Notes under the pieces: model-generated | Database searches by the model: none | What the model was told of the DNA's origin: nothing | What the model saw: only the letters and a program-made list of their open reading frames with translations | Shown: piece by piece, positions 54,701-62,379 of the stretch | Layout: every line of letters begins with the position of its first letter | Numbering within the stretch: the stretch's first letter is position 1 | Virus record (IMG/VR): IMGVR_UViG_3300030673_000007 | Direction: 5' to 3' (one strand) | Length of the DNA: 64,000 bases | Source of the DNA: an uncultured virus (IMG/VR IMGVR_UViG_3300030673_000007) | Taxonomy: Duplodnaviria > Heunggongvirae > Uroviricota > Caudoviricetes | Translations under genes and position numbers: made by a program

Positions 54701-56176
54701 CAGGCTCTGGATGGTGGGCAGCATCGAGCGCAGCTTGCCGGTGTCGTTGACGATCTTGGAGAAGAAGGACTCCTGCACGGTCCTCTTGACCTTGGTCCAC
54801 GCCTTGTCCATGGCGAGGATCGCCTCGACGAACTTGCGAGCCGAGGGGGAGAGCTTGGCCAGTGCGGCGGCGAGCGCGTTGTTGGCGGAGGCCCCACCAC
54901 CGGAGGCCTTGGCGTCGCCCTTCTTGGCGTTGATCAGCGCGATCTGTGCGTCCCGCTGAGCCCAGATGGCATCGGTCAGGGCACGCTGGGCCATGATGAC
55001 CGCCCGGTCACCCTTCATGCCCTTCTTCTTCATGTCCTTCAGGTCATCCTGAAGTTTCGCGTTGTTGTCCTTGGCCTTCTGCTCGGCGGTCTTGGCGTCC
55101 TCGACGGCTGCCTGCGCGGCCATCTTCTCGGCCTTGGTCGAGTTCGGGTCGGCCAAGATCCGAGCGAGGTTCTTCTCCGCGTTCTCCCGCTGGGCGGTGA
55201 GGCGCTTCTCCGAGGCAGCTGCATCCTTGGCGGTCTGCTCCAGATCCTTCAGCCTCTGGAGGTAGTCCTTGCGGGCGTCGGCGAGATCCTCTTCAGCCCA
55301 CTTCAGGTTCTCCGTGGCGCGGCGCAGGTTCTCCCGGGCGCGGGCGACCTTCTCGGCCTGCGAGATCTCGGCCTGTGAGCTTCCACCGCCGCCTCCGCCA
55401 CCCCCACCTGAGGCTCCAGCCTTCTTCGCTGCCTTGAAGGCCGAGAACACCCCTCCGATGCCGCTGAAGGCCACCTTGAGGGCCCCGACGATGGAGAGCA
55501 GGGAGAACAGTGCCGGGATGGCTGCGAGGGCCGCTCCGGCGACCTGACCGAGGCTGGAGGCCAGCCCGATGCCCGCGCCGCCCAGTGCGCCGATGCCTGC
55601 CACCAGAGGGTTCATCAGGGACAGCAGGCCAGCGATGATCGGGACCAACGCGATGAAAGGCGGCGTCAGCTTGGGTCGCCACTTGCCGAGCTTGTCGAAG
55701 CCGTTGTTGATCTTCTCGACCCACGGGACCGCGCGCTGCACCCCGCGCTGGAAGTTGGTCATCTTGGAGGCTGCCGGAGTCAGCGCCGCCCCGACGCGCT
55801 CGGTCTCGGTGGCCATCCTCCGCGCCTCACCAGCGTGCTTGGAGATCGTGGAGGTGGCGCTCTTGAGGACGGTGTCAGCCTTCGAGGTGGCATTCCCGAG
55901 GGCGCTCGCAGCAGCTCCACCCTCCTTGAGGACGGTGTTGTGATCCCGGTGCGCGTTGGCACTCTCGTGCACGGCGTTGGTGTCGTTGCTGATGGCCTTG
56001 GTGTGGCCCTGCGTGGCCGCTGTGGACGCCTTGGCCCCCGAGACGGACGCGGCGTTGAGGCCAGCCTCCTCGGCCTTCAGAGCCGCGATCTCAGCCTTGG
56101 CCTTGCGTGCCTCCCGGGCAACAGCGGAGAAGTCGGCAATGGCCTTGTAGATGACCCGAGTCTCGTTCTCAGCCAT
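51761..56176 (-). CDS. Tape measure protein (1471 aa)
   Basis: Long A/G/K-rich helical protein with W/F-periodic repeats; C-terminal ARLTPGEFVV; follows tail chaperones. Confidence 0.95.
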   Translation of the reverse strand: MAENETRVIYKAIADFSAVAREARKAKAEIAALKAEEAGLNAASVSGAKASTAATQGHTKAISNDTNAVHESANAHRDHNTVLKEGGAAASALGNATSKADTVLKSATSTISKHAGEARRMATETERVGAALTPAASKMTNFQRGVQRAVPWVEKINNGFDKLGKWRPKLTPPFIALVPIIAGLLSLMNPLVAGIGALGGAGIGLASSLGQVAGAALAAIPALFSLLSIVGALKVAFSGIGGVFSAFKAAKKAGASGGGGGGGGGSSQAEISQAEKVARARENLRRATENLKWAEEDLADARKDYLQRLKDLEQTAKDAAASEKRLTAQRENAEKNLARILADPNSTKAEKMAAQAAVEDAKTAEQKAKDNNAKLQDDLKDMKKKGMKGDRAVIMAQRALTDAIWAQRDAQIALINAKKGDAKASGGGASANNALAAALAKLSPSARKFVEAILAMDKAWTKVKRTVQESFFSKIVNDTGKLRSMLPTIQSLLSDTAGALGDVAHEFIGMISSPEWKSDLILLGKQNVPLIHAIGGGLNVLWGVFKDLTVIAMPFLIELAKGFKKGAENIAAMVKEARKSGSLSKWLMGDKETGSKGVLGTLRQWWQIIKNIAKTLFNFAKAAEAFGGWITDGIQKTTEGWLASSEAATKKGSPFKKWLEDIKPLLSEISRMFGTFFKWFGKQAADPKNIKQMTEIFKKITDDLGPKLASLFDALSKANIGPKFVDSLIKIVDLITTLVDGPGTAVFFDTLNGLLDILLTVIKMPVIGPVLQMLIGAAAAIGAMSFVAKFTGLENLIGWLIKLYKTGGILKFFESLKTVLMKLFGITGKRYTGLSFIKAMFYGIADGAKFLFGKLGKLFGLFKGLPKLLSGLKGFKWLGSLLDGFKVLLSGGGLKGFSTLIKGFGSLKGFASILKGAGGPLAAIASILGTIVGDVISNNAPEGKDGSGQRLGGNTLSGAATGAGIGGSVGLLFGGIGAVPGAIIGGLIGALVGFFGSAKEDIDQFFTDFVKGWNEFWGTTLPKWWNDLTGGISKWFGDFGKLWDEYWGVQVPKFWNDLTGGISKWFGDFGKLWDEYWGVQVPKFWNDLGAGATKWFDDLGTSWTDFWTKTFPYWAGYALGATVKWFEGIGPAWTTFWTETFPKWVTSATLAVGQWFAGIGAAWTTFWTVTFPLWVTQASAAVTQWFAGIGVAWTTFWTVTFPAWISSASAAVRSWISSIGPAWNNFWAVTFPKWLANAKAQIQKWVSGIGPMWDKFWNVTLPGFGRDLAKIATDFVDSVSTAWGRWWDGVKNTIGKWWTDFWGNAGAGFGAGHGDGTQTPHNGGEIHRAGGGGVPGHGNSDTVAARLTPGEFVVRKGIVDRVGIDNLVKLNSGVMSYAQLLAAAASSSRKPKDGGSQLVFNGGGLVPTMAPTNSPGGGRGPSFGGGGNTTVNSVTFGDVIIQNPVPERATNSLTTKTQQLAHLGLNAGDFK
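52913..53092. repeat. Perfect 90-bp tandem duplication inside the tape measure gene
   Basis: Two identical copies encoding TGGISKWFGDFGKLWDEYWGVQVPKFWNDL. Confidence 0.85.
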
Positions 56177-56194
56177 TGCCCACCTCCTTTGTGC

Positions 56195-56755
56195 CTAGAG
56201 CATCTTTCCCCGCTGGTCGAGGCCCCCTACCATGCCCCGGAGCCTCTCGAAGGACCCGTTGCTGTTCTTCGCTAGTGCCCGAGCGATGGCCTCGTTCGGA
56301 TCGATGTCAGGTGCCTTGCCGTTCTCTGTCGGAACAGAGGGTGAGGTCTGCCTGTCGGGAGTGGCCCCGAGCATTGCGGCCTCGATGTCGTCGTACGCGA
56401 GGGACCCTGCCTGAGCCAGAGGCTCCTTCTTGTCCTTCGCATCCGCCATGTATCCGTTGACGATGAACCCCGCGAGGTTCCGTGCCAGCCATGAGAAGCG
56501 GCCATCCTCATCTCGTTTCTGGAAGAAGCGCCGCTGCTGGATGGCTGCGGTGATCTGCCGGAAGCGTGCGAGGGGAAGCTCCCAGATGACCTCGTCGGCC
56601 CAGCCGTACTCCGCCGACACGAGGTCGAAGGCAGCTGAGAACCCACCGAGGAGGCCATCGGGGTCTAGGACCGCGAGCTTCTCTTCGAGGATGCGCCCTG
56701 CTTCGCGACTGCGCTCGTCTGCTGGACCTTCAGCAGAAGAGCTAGACGTTTTCCC
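56195..56755 (-). CDS. Tail assembly chaperone, -1 frameshift extension (gpT-like part)
   Basis: The -1 frame is open from the slippery site through VSAEYGW to the stop at 56195. Confidence 0.8.
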   Translation of the reverse strand, partial: GKTSSSSAEGPADERSREAGRILEEKLAVLDPDGLLGGFSAAFDLVSAEYGWADEVIWELPLARFRQITAAIQQRRFFQKRDEDGRFSWLARNLAGFIVNGYMADAKDKKEPLAQAGSLAYDDIEAAMLGATPDRQTSPSVPTENGKAPDIDPNEAIARALAKNSNGSFERLRGMVGGLDQRGKML

Positions 56756-57198
56756 AGTGCCACGATGTGGGGTGCCTCGACCTTGATGATCTGCTCCAAG
56801 ATGGTGACGAGGTCATCGATCTCCGGGTCAACCAGCTCCAGACGAAGCTCGGCTTCGGCCTGCTCGTTCTCGGCCTTCTCGATGGCAGTCAGGCGGGCCC
56901 CGTCGTGGAGACCTGCCGGGAAGACCATCCGGTTGATGAACTCGACGGCCTCGTCCTCCGCCTCCGGGATGGCGATGATGACCGCCCCCAGCAGCTGGCC
57001 GGTGAACGCCTCGGTGGAGGTGTTCGGGTCGAAGCTCAGGGTGGGCAAGACCTCCGATGCGCCTCGGGTGAGGATCTTCAGCAGGGACATCAGGGCCCGC
57101 GTCTTGAGACGCTCGACCTTGATCTGGGTGCCGGACACCAAAGCCACCGGGGTTGCCTCCGGTGCCAAGGTGTCGATGTCAGTGTTTCCGGTCGTCAT
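56665..57198 (-). CDS. Tail assembly chaperone (gpG-like)
   Basis: Between major tail and tape measure genes; G GGA AAA slippery heptamer at 56755-56749. Confidence 0.85.
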   Translation of the reverse strand: MTTGNTDIDTLAPEATPVALVSGTQIKVERLKTRALMSLLKILTRGASEVLPTLSFDPNTSTEAFTGQLLGAVIIAIPEAEDEAVEFINRMVFPAGLHDGARLTAIEKAENEQAEAELRLELVDPEIDDLVTILEQIIKVEAPHIVALGKRLALLLKVQQTSAVAKQGASSKRSSRS

Positions 57199-57243
57199 GC
57201 GACTCTCTCTCCTACTTAGTTGTTTTTGGAATCAGCTCCAGCG

Positions 57244-57822
57244 TCAGAGCGGACGGCTCAGCAGGTGTCCGATGCGCTTGGTCGGCTGGCCGGTGCGGCT
57301 GTCGAGGACCGGGTTGCCCTTCTCGTCGGTCGAGGAGAACAGTGCGGAACCGTTGTAGTTCAGCAGCAGGCCTTCCTTGTACGACGGGCCGTCAAAGCTG
57401 AAGGGCTGGAACTGGACCTTGTAGAGCACGAAGTCCAGCAGGCGCACGACACCGTCGGCGTCCTTGGACGGCACCCGCACGACCATCGGTCGCGGCTTGG
57501 TGTTCATCGTGTTCTCTTCCCACAGGGGGAGAGTGAAGGTCTGGTTCGCGCCCGTGCCGGAGCTGGCCACGACCGAGCCGGAGATCAGCGACAGGGTCTG
57601 GAACGGGATGTAGCCGCCCTGCACCGTCACGTTGACCTTGTTGGCCCAGTACCACGTCGACAGGATGGTGTCGTCGCCGGTGTTGTCGTAGCTGTCCTGA
57701 TCAAGCTCCATGGAGCCAGACCGGATGCCGTAGATGTCACCAAACTCCTCTTCGAGACCGGTGGCCCCGTCAAGGATGGCGGCGTGAGAGATGCTGAAAC
57801 CCTCAACTGTCGGGTTGCCCAT
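57244..57822 (-). CDS. Major tail protein
   Basis: Position, size, beta-rich sequence, strong AAGGAG RBS. Confidence 0.8.
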   Translation of the reverse strand: MGNPTVEGFSISHAAILDGATGLEEEFGDIYGIRSGSMELDQDSYDNTGDDTILSTWYWANKVNVTVQGGYIPFQTLSLISGSVVASSGTGANQTFTLPLWEENTMNTKPRPMVVRVPSKDADGVVRLLDFVLYKVQFQPFSFDGPSYKEGLLLNYNGSALFSSTDEKGNPVLDSRTGQPTKRIGHLLSRPL

Positions 57823-57899
57823 GGTCGATCTCCTTCAGAACGAGTTGGCAAGTGAACAGGTTCGAGTTCTTGCCTACCTCTGAAGATCGGCCTCAGCCC

Positions 57900-58124
57900 T
57901 CAGGGCTGGTAGACGGCCTCCGACTCCACCAGATCGCCGATCAGGTTGAACCGGTGGAGCACTCGCAGCACCGGCTTCCCCTCCCGCCGCATGGTCTTCT
58001 TGCAGTCATCACAGGACAGCTCCACGAGGTTGCCGTCCACGATCTTGGGGTGTCCTCCGGCCACAACGGTCTTGGCCAGCAGGCGGCGTGGTCCCACTGG
58101 GCAGCGAAGCTCAACGATCTGCAT
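57900..58124 (-). CDS. Small zinc-binding protein
   Basis: ELRCP...ELSCDDC...H. Confidence 0.7.
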   Translation of the reverse strand: MQIVELRCPVGPRRLLAKTVVAGGHPKIVDGNLVELSCDDCKKTMRREGKPVLRVLHRFNLIGDLVESEAVYQP

Positions 58125-59271
58125 GTTCGCTTCTCGCGATCTGGGCCAAGGTCCACAGGCGTTCGCCCTGAGCGGCGGGGAGGTTGTCCTTGAGCTTCAG
58201 GAAGAGCTTCGCCACGACGGCATCCCAGCTGTGTGCCTGCGGGATGATGCGGGCAGCCAGCTCGCCCTTCTCGTGGGCCTCGTTGCGGTGCTGGAAGACG
58301 TGGATCATCAGCCGGGCGAGGTCTTCGATGGACGCCCGAGCGTTGAACGTTTCTGGAAAATCAGAGCTGACCGGCTCCAGCGTGTAGGCCAGCGGGTAGG
58401 AGTAGGCAGGGTCGAGCCACTGGGTGTGGCCTGCCCAGTTGGTGGCGATGACCGTGCCTCCGGTGCTCATGAACTCCAGCGCCGGGACGTTCTTGCCCTC
58501 ACCCCGGGACGGGGCCAGCAGGCAGTGCTGGACCTTGTAGAACTGGCGGACCACCTCGGTCGGCCAGATGTCGTAGAAGATCCGCAGGGAGGAGAACTCG
58601 TCACCGGTCTCCGGGTCGATGTCCCGGTACAGGTCCTCGATCTTGTGGTGCAGGCCGGGGGCAGTGGTCTTCAGGCTGAGCCGGGCCCAGCGCCAGAACT
58701 CCGCGTCCATGGTGCGCGCGAGCCGGAACGCCTCGATGGTGCGGAAGGGATCCTTGCGCTCGCTGAGCACACCGATCTGGGCGAAGTGGAACTCCTTGGT
58801 GTCCCACTCCCGGTCGAACATGTGGGGCCACTCGGCGGGGTCGAAGCCGCCCTGAAGGACGAACAGCGGGCCGTCGAAGTAGGGCCGGAAGCAGTCCGGG
58901 TCGACGTCGGAGTAGCCGATGAAGGCGTCGAAGTTCTTCAGCCGCTTGCGCAGGTCCTTGCGAGACTTCTTGGCGAGGTTGAGCAGGTTGGAGTACTCCC
59001 ACATGGTCCATGCGACCTTGACCGCTGCGTGGGGTACGACCTCGTCGGGGCACTGGAGGTTGGCCGGGTCGACGTGGTTGATGTAGAGGTCGAACGGAGC
59101 GGCCAGCTCCTTGGTCAGCAGGTTGGCCACGTCCTGCGGGAGGGGGGCGTCCACTGAGGTGGCCTGTAGGTAGACGTCGGCTCCGGCGCGCATCAATGCC
59201 TGCGCCAGTCCGATCCCATCGTTGCCATAGCCGGAGTACCGACTCATCGGTGTGCGGAGCAACACCTTCAT
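58111..59271 (-). CDS. GT-B fold glycosyltransferase (GT4 / Glycos_transf_1-like)
   Basis: SGYGNDG, ERKDP, LLAPSRGEGKNVPALEFMSTG, SWDAV. Confidence 0.85.
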   Translation of the reverse strand: MKVLLRTPMSRYSGYGNDGIGLAQALMRAGADVYLQATSVDAPLPQDVANLLTKELAAPFDLYINHVDPANLQCPDEVVPHAAVKVAWTMWEYSNLLNLAKKSRKDLRKRLKNFDAFIGYSDVDPDCFRPYFDGPLFVLQGGFDPAEWPHMFDREWDTKEFHFAQIGVLSERKDPFRTIEAFRLARTMDAEFWRWARLSLKTTAPGLHHKIEDLYRDIDPETGDEFSSLRIFYDIWPTEVVRQFYKVQHCLLAPSRGEGKNVPALEFMSTGGTVIATNWAGHTQWLDPAYSYPLAYTLEPVSSDFPETFNARASIEDLARLMIHVFQHRNEAHEKGELAARIIPQAHSWDAVVAKLFLKLKDNLPAAQGERLWTLAQIARSEHADR

Positions 59272-59307
59272 CTTGGACCTCCTTGGGTCTCTCTTTTTGG
59301 AAACTGC

Positions 59308-59817
59308 TTAGGGTACGTTCACGCCGTAGGTCATGCGGCCCATGTAGGCCCCGTCGGTGTCCCGGATGGGAGACAGGGTGGGTCCGTCCACGCGGTGGCT
59401 CCCAGCGACCACCACGCCCGTCTTGGAGGCCACCTGATCGGTGGTGCCCCAGATGTATGGCATCCCCTGCCGGGTGCCTGCGTCGGTGAGGTGCAGGTGC
59501 TTGTCGAGGAGCTTCTGGATGCGCTCGATCTTGGACTTGGCGTCGTTGACCTTGACCGAGCGGTCCTCGTTGCGGGTGGGGTCGGCCCAGATGTCGATGT
59601 AGACCCGGGGGAAGCGCATCGTGTTGTGGTCGTTGGGGGACGTCCACGTGCCGTCCTCATTGATCACGAGCAGGCACTTGCCGGTGTTCTCCACCTTCAC
59701 GTTGATCGGGTTCTCGTCGAAGATCCACGTGTCCCAGCTGATCGAGCGGCCCAGCAGCTCCCGCAGCCCAGCGTCCTGCGCGAGGTAGTTGCGGATGGCC
59801 AGAGAGAGGTCGGTCAT
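59308..59817 (-). CDS. Tail terminator-like protein
   Basis: Position; AIRNYLAQD, PRVYIDIWAD. Confidence 0.65.
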   Translation of the reverse strand: MTDLSLAIRNYLAQDAGLRELLGRSISWDTWIFDENPINVKVENTGKCLLVINEDGTWTSPNDHNTMRFPRVYIDIWADPTRNEDRSVKVNDAKSKIERIQKLLDKHLHLTDAGTRQGMPYIWGTTDQVASKTGVVVAGSHRVDGPTLSPIRDTDGAYMGRMTYGVNVP

Positions 59818-60299
59818 TTCCGGAGTCCTTCCAAGTATCGGAGCGCGGACTGAATCCTGCTCACTGAGTCCCGGAAAGCCCCCAGTCCGGTATTGCACGA
59901 GTAGCACAGTAGGCCTCGAACACAGGCCCCACAGGAACGCTCTCCGGGGCAACAGGAATGGTCATGATCTACTGCCAACCGACGGGGAAGGCCGGTCTTC
60001 TGGTGGACGGCTGTCTCCGGCTCCTTACAGACCGCACAGCACCCGTTCTGGGATTCGAGCAGCGCGTCGTACTGGGCAGGGGTGAGGCCGTACTTGGAGA
60101 GCAGGTGGTATCCGTGGAGGTAGTCAGGGTTGCCCCTGCGCCACTTGGCATGAGTCTCCGCCGTGGCCTCTCGCGTGCTCTCGTACTGAGCCGATGACCT
60201 CCTGTTGCAACAGCTGATGCACTCAGCTCGGTAGCCCTTGCGGTACTTGTAGAACTCGGTCAGGTCCTTGACCGCACCACACATGGTGCAGCGCTTCAC
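59814..60299 (-). CDS. Endonuclease VII-like homing endonuclease
   Basis: KYGLT..QY..LLESQNGCCAVC, LAVDHDH, VRGLLC..CNTGLG. Confidence 0.9.
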   Translation of the reverse strand: MKRCTMCGAVKDLTEFYKYRKGYRAECISCCNRRSSAQYESTREATAETHAKWRRGNPDYLHGYHLLSKYGLTPAQYDALLESQNGCCAVCKEPETAVHQKTGLPRRLAVDHDHSCCPGERSCGACVRGLLCYSCNTGLGAFRDSVSRIQSALRYLEGLRK

Positions 60300-60673
60300 T
60301 TCCGGAGTCCTTCCAGCATCGCTTCCACCCACAGGGGGTGCAAGTCAGCCAATGGTCTCATAAAGTCGTGGTCGCCACGGGCTGCGGACTTCCCCACCCA
60401 GTGGGTGCCCCGGCGCTTCTCGTAGATGGCGTAGTCGACCGGGCCAGCTCCGCCGTACTGGATCTCACCCTCCCACGTCTCTCCGCCTCCTGAGACTGAG
60501 ATCTTGCCGGACGCCTTCAGGGCTCCGGACTCCACGTGGACAGCGGCCTGAGTCTGGGCGAAGCCGAAGTCGAGCACAGCGTGCAGTGCCGCCTTGGCCT
60601 TCATGGTGGGCATCATCATGAGGCGGTCCAGCTCGCGCTCCACGTCGGACCAGTCGGTGGTGACCTCGATCAT
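60296..60673 (-). CDS. HK97 gp10-like head-tail protein
   Basis: VHVESGALKASG, DYAIYE, DFMRP. Confidence 0.7.
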   Translation of the reverse strand: MIEVTTDWSDVERELDRLMMMPTMKAKAALHAVLDFGFAQTQAAVHVESGALKASGKISVSGGGETWEGEIQYGGAGPVDYAIYEKRRGTHWVGKSAARGDHDFMRPLADLHPLWVEAMLEGLRK

Positions 60674-61122
60674 GGGACGAAGTCCTCAATGGGCTCTTCG
60701 GACGGCCAGTTCTCGCCGGTCAGCTCCTGACCGGTCTCGATGATCTGGACCTCGATGTGGTGCCTGTCGGCGAAGGCCACGACCTCGTCAGGGATCGAGC
60801 GGATCTCGAAGGTGCCAGCCACCGGGATCGCTCCGCGCTCGTTGGGGATGGTCACGATGCGGTCCCCGGCCCTGATGGGGGCGTAGGGGCCTGTGAGCAT
60901 CACGCCCACCCGGTCGGGTGCCTTGCCCGCGACCATGGCAGGGAGTGCGTCCTTGCCCTCGCGGATGAAGTTCATGTCGAGTCGGCACCGCAGGAACTGG
61001 AGAGCGTCGTTGATCGCCGGGTCCGGGTCGGTGGCCTGCGAGTAGGCCATGGTGGCGACACCGTCGTCAACGGTCAGCGTGAGTCGCTCGACCCGCACTG
61101 CGGAGTTGAACAGGTGCTCCAC
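60670..61122 (-). CDS. Head-to-tail stopper-like protein
   Basis: IRAGDRI, HHIEVQI; position. Confidence 0.7.
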   Translation of the reverse strand: MEHLFNSAVRVERLTLTVDDGVATMAYSQATDPDPAINDALQFLRCRLDMNFIREGKDALPAMVAGKAPDRVGVMLTGPYAPIRAGDRIVTIPNERGAIPVAGTFEIRSIPDEVVAFADRHHIEVQIIETGQELTGENWPSEEPIEDFVP

Positions 61123-61126
61123 GTCG

Positions 61127-61666
61127 TCACACCCCTTCGACGATCACCAAGGCGTTGGGGTCCCAGCCGAAGGTGGTCGAGAGGCGGCGGTCCACGGGGG
61201 ACAGGTACTCCACGTTTCCGGAAAGGTGTCCGGCGATGAAGGTGCCGTCGTGCTCGAACATCTCGATGCCGCCCCGCTGGAAGTCCCCGCTCGCGCGGTC
61301 ACAGACCGACAGCTGGCCGACGGCCATGTCGAACCACATGATGCCGGTCTCCAGCCCCTTCTGGGCAGCCTGAGCCACCTTCGAGTAGGAGTAGGAGCCG
61401 ATGGACTCGGAGTTGAACGGGGAGGCCTTGGCAGCCTGATACGGAGCGGAGAGGTGGATGGCGTCGGCCATGGAGATGATCGCGAAGTCAACCAGCTGCT
61501 GCTGGTCAGCCGTCAGCAGCTCGGGGTCGAAGATGCAGGTCCCGATCTTGAACAGCAGCATGGCCTGAGGGATGGCGGAGGAGGCGATGAACGTTTCAGG
61601 AAATGAGGCTGCGGGCCTGCCTGTGAACGCCGCGATCATCTCCCGGTCGTAGGTCTTGTATGCCAT
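61127..61666 (-). CDS. Head-to-tail adaptor-like protein
   Basis: SESIGSYSYS motif; position. Confidence 0.75.
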   Translation of the reverse strand: MAYKTYDREMIAAFTGRPAASFPETFIASSAIPQAMLLFKIGTCIFDPELLTADQQQLVDFAIISMADAIHLSAPYQAAKASPFNSESIGSYSYSKVAQAAQKGLETGIMWFDMAVGQLSVCDRASGDFQRGGIEMFEHDGTFIAGHLSGNVEYLSPVDRRLSTTFGWDPNALVIVEGV

Positions 61667-61684
61667 CCCTCAGGTTCCCTTCTG

Positions 61685-62287
61685 TCAGGCTCGCGGCAGC
61701 GGGACTGCCCGGCCACGCCGAGCATCCTGAGCGACCATGTCGTCATCGAACGTCTCGCCGGGGAAGGCCACGAACGGCCCCGGGCTGAAGTAGTGCTTGC
61801 CCCAGCGGCGGATCTGGGCGTTGGGGTCGTTGGCGAGATCGAGCCACGACTTGCCGGTGCGGTCCTGCGTGCGCTTGAAGGCGTCGCCGCCGATCTCGAA
61901 CTCCAGCTCCTGACCCCGGTACCAGTTCTCGCCGAAGGCCACGAAGCCGTCGTAGACGAAGTGGATCACGAACTTCTCGCCGTCCCCGGCCTTGGCGTAC
62001 TGGGTCGGGGAGTTCTCAGCGATGATGGCGTTGCGCTTGGCCATCTTGTCCTCAAGCTCCTTGATCCGGAGCTGAGCTGCGGTCAGCTCGACCGGCTCTT
62101 CCACGACGTCGAAGGAAGGCATCGGGGCGGAGAGCATGGCCTCCAGCTCGCGGATGCGGGCCTCTTCCGGGTCCTCGGGAGCCGTGTCTGCCGGTGCCTC
62201 AGTGACCGGCGTGTCGTCGGCTGTGAGGTCGAGCAGGTCGTCGAAGTTGTCCACCAGTGCGTCCGTTGGCTTCTTGGGGTCAGCCAT
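61685..62287 (-). CDS. Hypothetical protein of the head module
   Basis: GGGAGG RBS after late motif. Confidence 0.7.
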   Translation of the reverse strand: MADPKKPTDALVDNFDDLLDLTADDTPVTEAPADTAPEDPEEARIRELEAMLSAPMPSFDVVEEPVELTAAQLRIKELEDKMAKRNAIIAENSPTQYAKAGDGEKFVIHFVYDGFVAFGENWYRGQELEFEIGGDAFKRTQDRTGKSWLDLANDPNAQIRRWGKHYFSPGPFVAFPGETFDDDMVAQDARRGRAVPLPRA

Positions 62288-62379
62288 TGTTGTTGCCCTC
62301 CCGGGGTCTCTATTGAAGATCGGCCTGTAACCGCTTGGGACAATGGTACCGGAGTCCCTACCTTGGCGCACACAGCGAC

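Noticed and set aside
82..61603. TTTCNNGAAA as a true parS site or a eukaryotic STAT/heat-shock element
   Set aside because: The spacer is 2 bp shorter than parS, no ParB is seen in the window, and the eukaryotic resemblance is irrelevant in a phage. Kept only as an unassigned site.
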